A stretch of 61,658 nt of DNA from Sphaerodactylus townsendi (lineage: Eukaryota): positions 48,920,343 through 48,982,000 of the forward strand of contig NC_059435.1 of NCBI RefSeq assembly GCF_021028975.2. Reading direction: 5' to 3'. The position numbers and the translations under genes were made by a program. Under the pieces are notes generated by a model. It searched no databases, was not told where the DNA came from, and worked only from the letters and a program-made list of their open reading frames with translations. This document shows positions 24,263-37,564 of this stretch, one piece after another. Position 1 is the stretch's first letter. Every line of letters begins with the position of its first letter.

Positions 24263-25055
24263 GTATTGTCAGGTATAGGAAACTGGGTAAATTATTAACA
24301 GCAGTTAAGGGGGGGGGATGTTGTGCTGCTGTGAATGATACCATGTGTATTTGGGAGATATTTCTGCTGAAGATAAGAATATATTCATAATGAACTTCTC
24401 TGCACCAATTTTTCTTATAAGATCTGCTGGTGTAAATTGTGCTGGTTGAGTAATAAGAATATGGAGTCACAGCCAAAGGTTCCATTCCATTAACTGTGGA
24501 CATTCTTCTGACACAAGCAGCTTTTCACTGCTGTGATACACATCATTTGCTGGCTGAAGACTCCACTGTTAGCATAACAGAGCCTGGGTCCTTACTACTC
24601 CTTGCCCAGAAGTCTCTCTTCTCTACCTCCTCCACGTCACTTAAAGCCCTAGGCCACCAACTCTCCTACCAATCTTCCCTTCACTTCTGAGCAGTAGAAA
24701 CAGACACATCAAGATAGTCAAGGGAATAGAGAATCCCTTTCACTTGCCATCAGAACGTGATTGTTGCCTAACAATGTTGACCTGCTAGATTTTTGCGGCA
24801 TCTTTCTGACACAACTGAAGGGGAAACTTTACCTTTACCTTCTGTCATATTATTTATTTTAATAGGTTTTTACCAGCCAAGAAGCTCAAGTCAGTGTGCA
24901 TCATTTCCCCTGCCTTTTTATCCTCACAATGGCCCTGCGAGGCTGAGAGTTACTGGCCCTGAGCCACCCATCAAGTGGGGATCTCAGACTGGGTCTGACA
25001 TCACAACCATGACACCACACTGGCTTTTAAAAGACACAGCATCTGTAAAGGATAT
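24263..25055 (-). other. U12-type (minor spliceosome) AT-AC intron of MIOS
   Basis: 5' ss ATATCCTTT; 3' end ...CAATAC; these boundaries restore the conserved WYTLHF-MKQY frame. Confidence 0.92.
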
Positions 25056-26349
25056 AGTGCAGAGTGTACCAGAGTGACTTCAGCTGTGGGTCTTCATTTC
25101 CTGCCAGAATATGGTTTCGCCAGATCTGTTCCGTGTCAAGGCCATACCTGGATAAAGCCCTCAGACGCATTTTGGTGGCAATGTCTTTTTCAAGGGAATG
25201 GGCCTTTCCTTCTTCGGTGCACTCATACAAATGCCTCCCGCATGCCCACATCAAAGAGGTCACTGGACTCCATGCAAGTGAGATCCTTTCAAACACAGTA
25301 AAGTCTGACATGGTCCTGTTTGGAGTTACCACCACCATTCGATTTTGATTTGTGGGATGCCATGCAAAGGAAGCAATATAATGTTCACAGGGCTGCACAC
25401 TTCTTTCAATGATTGTGGGTTCAGTTTCATCTATGGGCGTGGGAGTGTGCTGCATGTCATAGAGTTTGATGACATTACTATCTCTGGTCAAAGTAGCTAG
25501 CAATCCAGTCCTTGTAGGACACCAAGCCACTTTCGTTAAGGGTTTTGGTTGTTCCAGTAGGGTCAAAACAGGCTTTTCAAACTTTCTGAGATCCCATATG
25601 GCAACCTGACCTTCATAGAAGGAAGCCACGCGATCGTGGAAAAATGGATCAACGCTGACTCCTTGAACAGCCTTGGTATTCACAAACATTTTTTGGCTTA
25701 TATTCCTAAGGTCAAAGATAGCCAAGTTCCGATGCATTCCAGCTAAAAGAAGTTTCTGATCCCGTGGAAGCCAACAAAGAGAAAGGCAAGCATCATTCTG
25801 CCCCAATTCATAAAGTGGCTTTGTCACAACCAGCCCTGCTTCGGTGTCTCCAGAGGAAAGTCTAACCTTTTCAGTTGCAACTGGAATTTCTGGAGTGTAT
25901 TTGCTACTGATGTCCCAGATTAGTACCGAGAAATCAGCCCGATGCTTATCCAGGCCAGCAGCAAGCCAATAGCCATCGAGTGGATTCCATGCTAAGGTGT
26001 TGCACTGCCGTGCATGTTTCGGAACAAATTCTTTTCCTATCAACTCCTTGGACTTTGAATTGTGATCTTGGCCAAGACTAGTAAGCACAACTCGGCCATT
26101 GGCCTGCCCAACCGCCAGGAGACATTCTGGATCGTATTTGGGGTACCAAGCCACACATTTCATATACGGGGTGTCTGAATTAATGGACAACAGAGTGGCT
26201 GTGGTTTCTTCCGATAAACGTAGTGATCCTGCTTTGAGCTCAGAACTTACAGCAGATTCGATGTGGTAGAGGCTCAGCTCAGAGTCACACACAACAAATC
26301 TATTTACATGATGTGGAGCCCACAAAATGTCAGGTTTAGAGCCACTCAT
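25056..26349 (-). CDS. MIOS: MIOS coding exon 1 (WD40 beta-propeller), GATOR2 complex subunit MIOS
   Basis: [14 protein letters not shown]...LKSLWYTLH; ATG at 26349; 1294 nt; full spliced CDS 2631 nt = 876 aa. Confidence 0.98.
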
Positions 26350-27939
26350 GACTGCTCCCACTAATTGCTGAAAGGGAGATTATATTGTTGTTTGGAAGAC
26401 TTGAGCCGCATTCATTCCTTTAGGTCCTGTTTAAAAAAAAACAGAGCAGTCTACAGTAACAAAACAATTCTACACTAGAATTTATGATTCATTCAATATC
26501 GCTCTGACTTTACCTTTCCCCAAATCCTTCAAAGAATTTCTTACATGGTTTATTTTTGCAAATAGTATTTTCTGTATCTTCTTCCTAATACTTGACAAAG
26601 ACTATGTGTAGCAAAATATAATCACTGATAAAGTCACTGTGGTTCCCAATGCCTTCACAGGTTTATCAAATGAAAACAGTATGTGCATATTAAGCACTCC
26701 ATATCCCACAACAATAGCTAAAAGTATGCTGGAACATCACTGGAGTCACACAACACCACAACACGTGGCAGATATGCAAGGACTACAGATCCATGAGCAT
26801 CTATTTATTATCCACTGTAGATCTGGAAAAATGCTTCTTTTTAGAATAAATGCAAGATTTGTAATTATCAGGGTCTCAAGACCAGCACAGACCCTAGAAC
26901 CATTTCCACTCTGCATGGGACACCTAGGCAAGTCAGAAGCAGTATTTCAAACAATTGTGTTTGCATGCCTCACCTCAGAGATACCCGCTGTGTTCATCTT
27001 AAAAGCCAATAATACAACACTCACAGATGTATGCTGGCACTTGCTAGGGTGAACAACACAAAGCATAACAGGTACACTGTTTTCTATGTTATGTATTAAC
27101 TGCTGCATTTTAATTTATATTATTTAGAGATTAACTTATATTTAATTTTATGTTTATCTGTATTTGAATGTTGTTCACCGCCCAGAGCCCTTCGGGGGTT
27201 GGGCGGTATATAAGTTGAAACAATAAATAAATAAATAGTGATTTCCAACTTCTGTGACCAGTGGCTTAGGTGGAATACTGTTTACCAGCTGGCTTCCAAT
27301 ATTTGGTTCACTTTTTAAAAATTCTAATATTCATACTTTTCCCCATATGATAGCTTTAAAAAGAACTTTCCAAGGAATCCCCTAGGATGGAAGAGAGGAG
27401 TGTAAATGAATTATTAAACTAACATAATTGTCTACAAACATATTGTGGGCTAGATATTATGGAATGACAATCAGTTGCTTGCTACATCATACAATCCAGA
27501 ACTCAATAATTCTTTCAAAGAACACAAGTCAGTCCAAGTGCCATAGTGGTTTGTGCTCACAGCATTTACACTACTTTATATAAGTACACCTGTGTATTTA
27601 ATATGTAACCTCCTTCTAAGGCTAAGCAAAGTGCATGTCCTTTCTTTTCCCCGCCAAAAACTATCTAAGGACCAGCACCCCGTGGTATCATGCACGTGTC
27701 TGTTTAATGTCTTGCTAAACTAAGCTGATATAAACTGGCCTCAATAGTAAGTTACAAAAGCTTTCCCATGTTGTAATATTTTGCTCCGAAGTCTATGCAA
27801 CCTAACCCCTTTTGTTCTTTTAATCTATGGATCTGTTTGCTATTGTTGATCTGATGTTTGCTGATGTTTGTCTGTTTTATGGGTCAATTGACCGCAACTA
27901 TATATATATATATTTATCGAGAGAGAGAAATGTTATAAA

Positions 27940-28560
27940 AGCGCTCCCTATCTAGCCCCCTTACCAGCGTACCATCCCAATTCCCCGTCAGGGATTTCCG
28001 AGGCGAGTGACACTTGTAATCTTCTCTCCAGAGCCAGCAACGACTACTAGAACCACAGAATCAGAGTCGGAAGGTGCCACAGAGGCAACCTAGTCTAACC
28101 ACCCTACTCAATCCAGGACTGCAGGTGCTCCGCCATCGCACAATCCATGGTAGCTGAGCTGACACGCGGAAAGGACTCACCCCGCAAGATCCCGGAACTG
28201 AGCCGGTCCGGAGGGAGTAAGGAGGCAGACACACAACAATTTCAAAGCGGCCCACCTTGTGCAATTTCTACTTCCGCCTTTCGGAACGGAAGAGCAAGAA
28301 AACGCCGTCACCACTTCCGGTGAGAGAGAGAGCAATACTTCCGGTGGGCGGGATCGCGTCTCCTTTTGCGGGGCTGCTCTTAGAATGCTCTCCTGTTTTT
28401 AGGTTTGCCGCCTCGAAGCGAAGCAGCCAATTCACAGTCGCTGATGCTCTCCTGTTGTAACTGCTTAGTAGTTTCCGAAGGAGGAGCGTCTGCCGAGTCA
28501 GACTCTTGCTCCGTTTTAGCCTCCTCCATATTAGGAAGGTTGCAATCCGACGCATGTGTT
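27940..28560 (-). promoter_or_regulatory. MIOS CpG-island promoter and probable non-coding exon 1 (donor ggg|gtgagt at 28181/28180)
   Basis: CpG-rich; tandem ETS/GABPA sites acttccgg at 28313-28320 and 28337-28344 plus cggaacggaag; strong minus-strand donor. Confidence 0.7.
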
Positions 28561-29624
28561 TATTGGGACATATTTTTTAAAGTTGCTAAAAATGGTGGAA
28601 TCTTTTTCCAGGAATTTCCCAAGCCTCGGAGTTGCCAACGCTAACTAAGGAGATCCACATATGTTCGCAGGCTTATGTTCACATGACTTGGTACATCAAG
28701 AGACGGCATGTTTATAACGAGTTGCAATCGTTATAAATGAACTCGTTCCCCCTTTTTATAAATAGAAAACGAATTCATTTATAATGATTGCAACTCGTTA
28801 TAAATATGCTGTGCTGAATCTACACGAGCATCACAGGTGTAAACGCTTTCAGTGGGAGGTTCATTTGAATGCATCACCATCCAGAATGTTGCTGGGGATC
28901 CGCATGTTGTTGAAAGTTCTCCATTGTAGATACTGTAGCTGGTATCAGCACTCAAATAAAGAAATGTGCCTTTGGAAGTGTATCCTATTTATGTTCTGCA
29001 GTTCCAGATTCAGTGACTATTATGCACATGGATCTCCTTAACTGGATCAGGATGGATGTGTCTTGTCTTTCAGGCAACTTTCTGTGCTAACTGCCACTGT
29101 AAGCAACTGACAGGACCCTTCCGCACATGCAGAATAATGCACTTGCAATCCACTTTCACAATTGTTTGCAAGTGGATTTTGCTATTTTGCAAAGTAAAAT
29201 CCACTTGCAAAGTGCATTGAAAATGCCTTCTTCTGCATGTGCAGAAGAAGCCACAGACTAACAAAAACAAGACTGGTGTGGAGGAGCGCAGTTGGCATTT
29301 GAAAGTTAAAATCGTCACTTTCTTAAACTGAATCAGATGATGTACCATGGGGATCCACAAGGTGGGGCAAAATCTCTTAGTTCTGAAAATAGAAAAATTA
29401 TATCCCCCTTTCCATAGTCAAGCCATCAAAAACTAAGGCAGTTTAACACAGAAAATGGAAAACATGACAGTTTTACTTTACCAGCTGACTTGCATGTTTC
29501 TAAGTCCATTGAAGCTAATGGTGTTAGAAGGGTGTAACTGCTTGTGAGGGCCCTGTTAATCTAGGAAAACTTCCTATCTGGTTCCATTCCAACTATCATA
29601 ACCACTTAACAGAATTCTAGCCCG

Positions 29625-29821
29625 TGTGTGTGTGTCTGCGTGCCATCAAGTCACAGCTAACCTATGGCAACCCCATAGGATCTTCAGTGCTAGAGATGTT
29701 CAACCTCCACTTCATGATCCAGGTAGCCTTTGGAGGTTGCTCATCCAAATCTTAACTAGGGCTGATCCTGCTTAGCTTTGGAAATCTGATGAGATCAGGC
29801 TCTCCTGGGGCTATTCAGGTT
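29625..29821 (-). mobile_element. 5S rRNA-headed SINE with Sauria-type tail; other copies ~42497-42645 (+) and ~45077-45262 (+)
   Basis: Reverse complement gcctgatctcatcagatttccaaagctaagcaggatcagccctagttaagatttggatg resembles the 5S internal control region and is followed by a Bov-B-like tail. Confidence 0.7.
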
Positions 29822-30789
29822 CACACATGGTTGTGTATTCTAGCTATACTTTATGCAACCATCCGTGCTTACAGGCAAGGCAGCATGTTAAAAGGTAGTC
29901 TATAGAAAATTATTGTGGAGTATGTACCCTGGGGCCCACATTTCAATCAATTTAGAAAACAAAGTATTGCGCCCAGATGTCAAAGTTGTTTAATGTGTTG
30001 TTGGTCCTATACAGTTGACCAACCTGCCTGGATGTCTAATTCAGCCCCTCCCTTTTAAAAAAAGCTAAATTTTCAAGGGAAATGGACTGTCCCATGAAGA
30101 AAATTTGTGTGGCAGCATCAGGCCAATTCCTGTATCATCTTTCCATTAGCCACACATTCAAGGCTGCCAGATTGGCAAAGGCCTGTGGTGTTTAAAGAGG
30201 TTAATAGGAGGAACATTTTTAGACAGCCTGGACACAGGCTGAAAGTTGTTATGCAATGTCAGTTAACATTTAAAATAACCTCTCACTCTTCCAGAGATTC
30301 TATTGGCTGGCATTCTTTGAGATCAGCAAGCAGAGGGGAGTTTGTGGAACAGGACTGACCCATCTGCCCTCCTTTGGCTGCAGGCAACTGAGTCCTTCTG
30401 AAATTGTGCTTCTAGGAGTCTGGAAATGCTCAGGAACAGCAAAAGGACAAAGTGGGGTCTGCATCAGGAAAGGAAAATCAGCAGAAAGGCACCACCCCAG
30501 TGTGACAAAAGTGTCCTTCTGTTGGGACAGAAAACATTATTAACATAATGCTTCTCTCTCTGACTAAAGTTTAGACTGGTGATGTGACAAGTTTAGCAAG
30601 CAACTGGAGAAATGGCCGTCTTGCATCTGGGGCACCTGAAGTTAGTTTTTTTCCCACTGGTCAAGAACAGAATAGCCAGTTTCTGATACAGTAAAGCGTT
30701 AGCATCCCAGACTGGGTCAGGACTTCACAGACCTGAGTACAAAGTTCCTACTCAGCCGAGAAGCTCAGATTGTAGAAATCTGGAATCGG

Positions 30790-32410
30790 AATTCTAAAAA
30801 CAGAGCTAAAACAAAGGATAAGTATTAATGTGGCATGTTAAGCAATGCAAAATATACAACATGATCCTGCTTATAGCAACAGGCAGTACAAGCTATACTC
30901 AGTAGTATAGCCCACAGTCCCTAACAATCTACTGGAGTATCTTTCTGAGCCATTTTGTTACAACACAGCCCTGTTACCTGTGTAGAAGCACGGCCTGCTT
31001 TAATAATTCAGTTTTGCATATTTTGCAGAATTATAGGAGAGTGGGAACCTTCCTGACCTCATCAGGCAGGCCATTCCATAAATCTGGGGTTGGTTTACAA
31101 CAGAAAATGCATATGAAAGGACAGTTGTTGGTTTTGTTCTTTTGCAGGGTGGTCCTGCTCAGATGAGCAAACTCTTATGATGGCACATAGGAAGAGATGG
31201 TCCCACAGATATGAGGGACCGAGGTCACAGGGGGTTTGTATTTGATAGTAACATGAACTGAGCCCGGTAACTTGTGGAAAGCCAGTGAAGTGATTTCAAA
31301 AGGGGCCTAATATGCATGCTTAGCTTAGCTCCTGATAATAACCAAGATGTAGCATTCTTGTCACAGATGGCACCTAGTTGATTGAGAATGAGATGCATTC
31401 CTAACTCAATGTGATTGTTACATAATGTATGGACAGTGATTGCATCTAGTTGACTGAGATGCATTCCTGCTTCAATGTAATCGCTACAAGAGATATGTAC
31501 TCAGCCTCCTACATGTTACCACTGCTGTAATGGGACATTCTTCCCTTGAGCTCTACTTTATGGCTTCACATGCTTTGTGGATAACTAGGCTTACCCCGAC
31601 ATCTTCTGCTTCCATGTGAAACGAGAAGTTTCCGTTGCTCTGCGGGGGTATGAGGCCAGGTGGCTTTATTTCTAACTGCTTCTGAGATTGCGGTGCCTCG
31701 GCTCTGAAGTAATTTTCATATTCTTTGGGAAAGCAGGCGGGGGGATTATTTCTGAATAAATGGGATAGTAAAAGTCAGGTTCACTAGAACTGGCTTTTTA
31801 CAAGCTGGGTGTTTTGTTGCCTTCTAGTAATCACTACTGATCAGCAATCCAGAATTCATTTATTGATTCAAGGTTTGAGACCTGACAACTCTGCAGCAAC
31901 TGAAGACTCTGAGTTGACTTCAGAGGACTTGTGTAAAGTGCACTACAGAAGTCTAGTCTTGATGTTACCCTGGCATGGATCCAAGTGGCCAGATTAGCTG
32001 AGTCAAGATTGGGGGCCATCTTCTTAGCTAAGATGAGTTGGAAGAAAAAATTTTCTGCTGCTTCAGTAACTTGTTTCTCCAGCAGCAGTGCTGGGCCCGG
32101 TGTAACCACATGGCTCTTAACCAAGTCTGCAAGAGACAGTTGAACCCCATAAAAAGTGGGAAGCACTTCAATATTAGTGTCCTTCAGTGGCTCAGTCTTT
32201 CCAGCCAGCATCACTTCTCTCTTGTCTGGGTTCAGGTTCAATTTGTTCATTTCTGACCATTTGATCACAGCAGTTATGCAGTGGCTCAAAATTTGTACTG
32301 GATAGCCCAGAGTTTTGGATACAGATTTGTTTATTGTGTATTTGTTTATTGAATTTTATATCCTGCCCTCCCTGGTCAAAATTGGCTCAGATAAATAGAG
32401 CCAGGTTTCA
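30790..32410 (-). mobile_element. Old L2 LINE fragment interrupted by an insertion (~31370-31850)
   Basis: Minus-strand LNLNPDKREVML, WIHARVTSRLDFCSALY, LKSLHWLSTSYRAQF motifs. Confidence 0.8.
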
Positions 32411-32849
32411 TCAGTATATTAATTCCAAAGCTACAAATTGTTTCTCTTAAAGACTTTACATAAAGGTTAAATAACATAAGATATACAAGACTATGTCCAG
32501 TAGTACCCAATAAGACAGTTCTCACAATGAAAATAGCTTATTTCCAATGGCAACCCTCTGAGTCCAAGGATGAGGAATAATTTAAACCAGACCAAGCAGC
32601 CACTTCCTCCAGGGGAAATGATTTTTGCCGGCTGGTTATCACTTGTGATTCTGGGAGACTTCTAGGCCCCACCTGGAGGCTGGCAAACCTAGAATGAGAT
32701 GGGAGTATTTGTAACTGGTTAGCTGAAAGGAAGCAGATAACAGGAATAAATGGATAGTTGTTACAATGTAGGGAAGAAAAACAGAGTGGTCCCCTCAATT
32801 ACCTCGCTTTTGAATTCTGCTACTTAATTTGTTCATTAAAATTTTTGCA

Positions 32850-33090
32850 AATGGAAGCAAGCAGTGAAGTGACTGAATTTTTGGACGACAGTGAATTATT
32901 CAGGGTGATGAAAATCACAGCGGAATTTGAAGAGCTGTAAGAAGATCTCTACAAATTAGGTGAGAAGGGGAAAGAGTGGAATGAGCTTTAATGTAAATAT
33001 ATAAAGTGAGATATTTGTGGGGGGTGGGGTGGGGTCAGTCCCCAATAAGTACCCTGAGGGGATCGAAAAGAGGTCTTGGAGTCATGATGA
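32850..33090 (+). mobile_element. Ancient CR1 RT remnant
   Basis: SSEVTEFLDDSELFRVMKITAEFEEL resembles the CR1 FADD region. Confidence 0.6.
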
Positions 33091-33469
33091 AACACAACTT
33101 TCAAAATTCAACTGAGGGCCTAACTTATGTTAACTTATGCCCTTGTGTCTGAGTCTGTTACGAGGACACAAATGCTCTGATGTGGTTGCCACCTTCCATG
33201 TGGGCCTTGGAGATCTCCCAAAATTACAAGTGATCTCCAGCCTACAGAGATCAGTTCCCCTGGAAAATATTTTTTCTTGGAGGGTGGAGTCTGTGTATTC
33301 TACCCCTCCCCAAACCCCACCTTCTTTAGGCTCCATCTCTAGGAATTTCCCAACTCAAGTTGACAACTCTACACCCTCTTATTCCATGAATATAACGTTT
33401 ACACTAGATCCTTGAGAGACTTTTTCAAAAACGTTTTGGGAATCAGGTATATAATGTCTACTATATACT

Positions 33470-33605
33470 CAGTGGTGGGATTCAGCAGGTTCGCACCACT
33501 TTGGCAGAACCGGTTGTTAAAATGGTGCTTGTAAACAAACAGTTGTTAAATTACTTGAATCACACCACCAGAACCGGTTGTTAAATTATTTGAATCCCAT
33601 CACTG
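33470..33605. mobile_element. hAT-type MITE (CAGTGGTGGGATTC TIR family)
   Basis: TIR cagtggtgggattca / tgaatcccatcactg; related to elements at 53231 and 59804. Confidence 0.8.
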
Positions 33606-35564
33606 TAATATGCTTATGTTCTAGTGTTTATTGATTCTTTTGGATTTAAGTACGCTTAACTCTGTATTGGGTTGTGGCCATAATATATATGTTGAAGTGA
33701 AACTGATATTTGGTAAATCTGGTGGTAAATATTTACTGGTGGACGTTAACAATCTAGTTAATGACTGTACACTCACAGGTACACTGATGAATGTTGATAG
33801 TCACCAAAATATGATAATCCACATTCATTGCTGCATGTCCCAAAAGAGGGGAGGAGATGCATTTCTATTTTTAGACTTTCGGTTGGGTTGACCCTGTGTT
33901 TTAATTCAATCTCACTTAATCCCCCTCCTCACTATCTCTCCCAATCTGCAGGCAGATCTCATGATTCTGATCAAAGTTTTTTTGGTGGTCTAAAATAGAA
34001 GTCCCCGCCCTCTTTTCTCACCAACAGAAAAACTGATTGGATCCAACCCATTCCCAAAATTAATCAGGGATTGTCAACATTTATGTGTGAACTTTAGATG
34101 TTCAGTATGACATATTTATTATACATTTGTTTCTTGAGTGTCTCCTACAGGAAGTGTCTTTAAATAATATTATCATGCTAGGGCATAGAAGTGCTCCAGA
34201 AGGTCAGAGAAATGATTAGAAGTTGTTGGTAAGAATTTCTTTTTTGTTTACATAATATCAAGCTGGTTTGTAAAAAAAACAAAAACTCTTTCAGATCGTC
34301 TGTTCCTTTAAAGTAAATGCTCCCACCCGAATTCTAGACCTGGCTAAATGCCTAACCACTCTGCATTAACTTGGACTAATAAAATATGACTAAAGGATCA
34401 TGAAAGCTCCAGTTGCAAAGTGCCCTGATTTGCACCAAGACAAATTATTTATTTTAAAGATGCTATCCTTTTACCAAAAAAATAGGAATGAGTTTTCCAG
34501 TTAATATTTGTGCATAGTTTATTTATTCTGCAGTGTGTATCTTCTGTGCTGTATAAGGTAAGACAACATAATTTCATAATAGTTTGTCTTGGCAAATGAA
34601 AAGCAAATGGAACCTAAATCGAAAAGCTGTCATATTGCTAAAAGTAAATTATCACTGATTTTCTGTCTTTGGGAAAAGATTGAATAAATTATATCAAAAT
34701 GCTGAGTGAAGCTTAGCACTAATATTCAAACAGAATTTGGGTCTAATTGTTCATTGTCGTGTTGTCTTGAAAGTATTTTTCTAACCAGGAAGAATTTCTG
34801 GGCAAATTTGTTGTGATTTTTAGTAATAAGTACGTTGGACAAGTCCTTTAACAGAGTTATTCAGGAAATACATGGTAATCCAGAAAGTTGTAAGTGGGCC
34901 AAAAAGAAATAATATTGCCTCTTTTTTACTACTTTTATGGATAGTTTTGCTATAAGTTGCTAGAGCTGATAAAATGGTTGTGGTTATTCACAGTTAATGT
35001 TCTTGCTAAAATATCAAGTGGTATAAGCTAAGCAAAGCACATGAGAATCACTATTGTTAAGTCTGTTTTTTAAGAATGTAAAGGCACACCCACACAGACA
35101 CCCAAGTTGTCTTTTTATGTTGAGGATGCTAGAAAAGTATTTTCAGTAGAATGCAGTTACATTTGGATTTAGGCAACACATTTTTCAGTCTTTCCTAGTA
35201 TATCTGCCAGAGTCAACTGTTAGTGCAATTGTTTGGAGTGAAATATATAAATAAGCAATATTTATGTATGTTTAAAGAGATAATATGAATCTTGATCAAT
35301 ATTCCATGTTCTAATATAGGTATAGATAACATAGGAACCACAGCAGCAAATCTGCTGCATTAAAGAAAAATCCGTACCTTTTATTTTAAGAATGAATATT
35401 TTAATTGAAAAACCTTTTAAAAATTGTATAACCCTGTTATCATAGGTATCCTACACAAACTGTATCATGCTTACATAGGTTTATCAATATGTATGCTAAC
35501 AGCTATTTCTGTTTTGTATTAACAGGAGCAGTGAGAAATCTTTGAATTTTGGATTCCAGTCACT

Positions 35565-35694
35565 ATGTGGAAAAAACGTTCTGTCTTTTTCCTCTTTGTT
35601 TTGGCTGTTGCTACAAATTGTATAGTGTATGGACAAACCAGAAGAAGGGGACAAAGGCCAAGTTCTCTTCTACAAAGACAAGACAATCTTCAGG
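35565..35694 (+). CDS. COL28A1: COL28A1 first coding exon (signal peptide)
   Basis: Acceptor aacag| at 35525; MWKKRSVFFLFVLAVATNCIVYGQTRRRGQRPSSLLQRQDNLQ+g|gtaaaa; resembles recalled human N-terminus MWNRYFVF...GQRKKG. Confidence 0.88.
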
Positions 35695-36597
35695 GTAAAA
35701 CCATTTTCCTAGAACTCCCTGTATGAAGTGTTTCCAAACTTAGTGGAATAATTTCCACGGAAATGGCGAACTAATATATAACCGTTTTGCGTGTTTCCCA
35801 TCAGTACTGGACGACAAGGAGCTTTATTATTCTCTTCTAAATGGGCATCTTTTTGTACATAAAGGAACTCAACCGAAAATTTTCATGGAATGTTCTCTTG
35901 GAAACTGTGTACAGTACAACCAGAATGGCTGGAAGACGTCCAGATTGCTAGATAGTCCAACATGTAGGATAAATCATAGTACTGTTTAAGTTGGGTTAAG
36001 ATATCCTATAAATTGGAGTTAAGACACTTCAGTCCTTGAAATTGGCAGAAGAGATTCCCCTTAACAATTCATCTAAAATAGTAAATGTAATCTAAATGCT
36101 GCATCAGAGAGAGTAGACTTACTTCTGCTGGATTCATCTGCCAGTATCTCTGTGTGCATCTCTGAAAAAAGCCTATATTCATTCAATCATACAATCTTCA
36201 GTCCTTACAATCTTTTCCTTACAAGGGTTGGAGTTGACCTTTTGCCATGGGGTGATTGAGAGAATGGGTTACAGTTCAATTTATTGGTGTATTGGAATGC
36301 AGGAAGAATTTTTCCCCTAGTACAGTTTGGAGAATGATCCTGATAACTTTTCTAAACTTTCTCTGTCGTTGGTGTCTTGAATTATATTTTCAGTTGGGCA
36401 ACAACATAATGGCATGGCGGGAAGCACTGCAAACCCTCAATCACCATTCAGATCACTGGTCCCAGTGTGAATTTGATCCTGGAAATGAACAGCAGATCAC
36501 AGAGAGGCCCAGTTCATATGATTTCCCAGTTCATATGATAGGGAGGATGCTGCATAAACTTATGTTGCATGATATATGGGCCTATGTGGGTCAAAGA

Positions 36598-36805
36598 GGG
36601 GAGACCCAACGTAGTGTAGTGGTTTAGAGCAGGTGCACTGTAATCTGGAGAACTGGGTTAAATCCCTGCTCTGCCCCTTGAGCTGTGGAGGCTTATCTGG
36701 TGAACTAGATTAGTTTGTGCACTCCAACACATGCCAGCTGGGTGACCTTGGGCTAGTCACAGTTCTTCAGAGCTCTCTCAGCCCCACCTACCTCACAGGG
36801 TGTTG
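36598..36805 (+). mobile_element. Squam3-like tRNA SINE (3'-truncated)
   Basis: Same body as 49198-49503. Confidence 0.8.
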
Positions 36806-37007
36806 TGCTCATGACTGTATCTCTGGGGCCTTGATCCCCCAGTTAAATTACTTCATACTGGAGACTGTACCTCATGTAGTGTTGAGTAGATCTGCTTAGG
36901 ATTGCTCCCTATGTGAATTAGTTTAGATCTCCATTTATCTACTTCTACTGGATCATTTTGTTTATCCACGTGAGTTTGATTATCTATAATGTCTTGTCCC
37001 CTTATAG

Positions 37008-37564
37008 ATTCCAACTGCTTCATTGACATCCTCTTTATCCTGGACACTTCTGAAAGTGCCCGAGGGGAACCTTTTCAGTACCAGAAAGATTTTGTCAACC
37101 TCTTGAGTGACAAAGTTTTCCGTCTGAAGCCCAGTCGAGTCCAAAGGCATGATATTCGGCTGGCAATCATGCAGTTCAGCAGCTCAGTCATTATTGACCA
37201 TCACTTTAGGTCCTGGAGAGGCCTGCAGAACTTTAAGCAAACCTTTGCTAGAATGTCCTTTATTGGACATGGCACTTACACCTATTATGCTATTTCCAAT
37301 GCTACTCACCTGTTCCAAACAGAAGGCCGGGAAAAAAGCATAAAAGTGGTTTTGTTGATTACTGATGGTATTGACCATCCAAACAGTCCTGATGTTCAGC
37401 GTATCTCTAAGGATGCCAGAGCTCTTGGAGTATCTTTCATCACCATTGGCCTGTCTAATGTTGTCGATCGAACCAAATTGCGGTTGATATCTGGAGATTC
37501 TCCTGAGACTCCTGTTCCAATCTTGGATGAACCCAACCTTACAGATAAAATCCAGGACCAGCTG
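37008..37564 (+). CDS. COL28A1: COL28A1 N-terminal VWA domain exon
   Basis: (D)[16 protein letters not shown]...[10 protein letters not shown]...LITDGIDHP...KIQDQL|gtaagt; MIDAS DxSxS present; 557 nt, frame-compatible with the previous exon. Confidence 0.96.

Noticed and set aside
26350-26361. ORF-track N-terminal extension MGAV and C-terminal YILYRCCVF on MIOS
   Set aside because: The extension starts at a GTG; the conserved start is the ATG at 26349, and the tail is read-through into the AT-AC intron
34100-34235. COL28A1 non-coding exon 1 ending ttg|gtaaga
   Set aside because: Only a plausible donor; no independent evidence for a TSS
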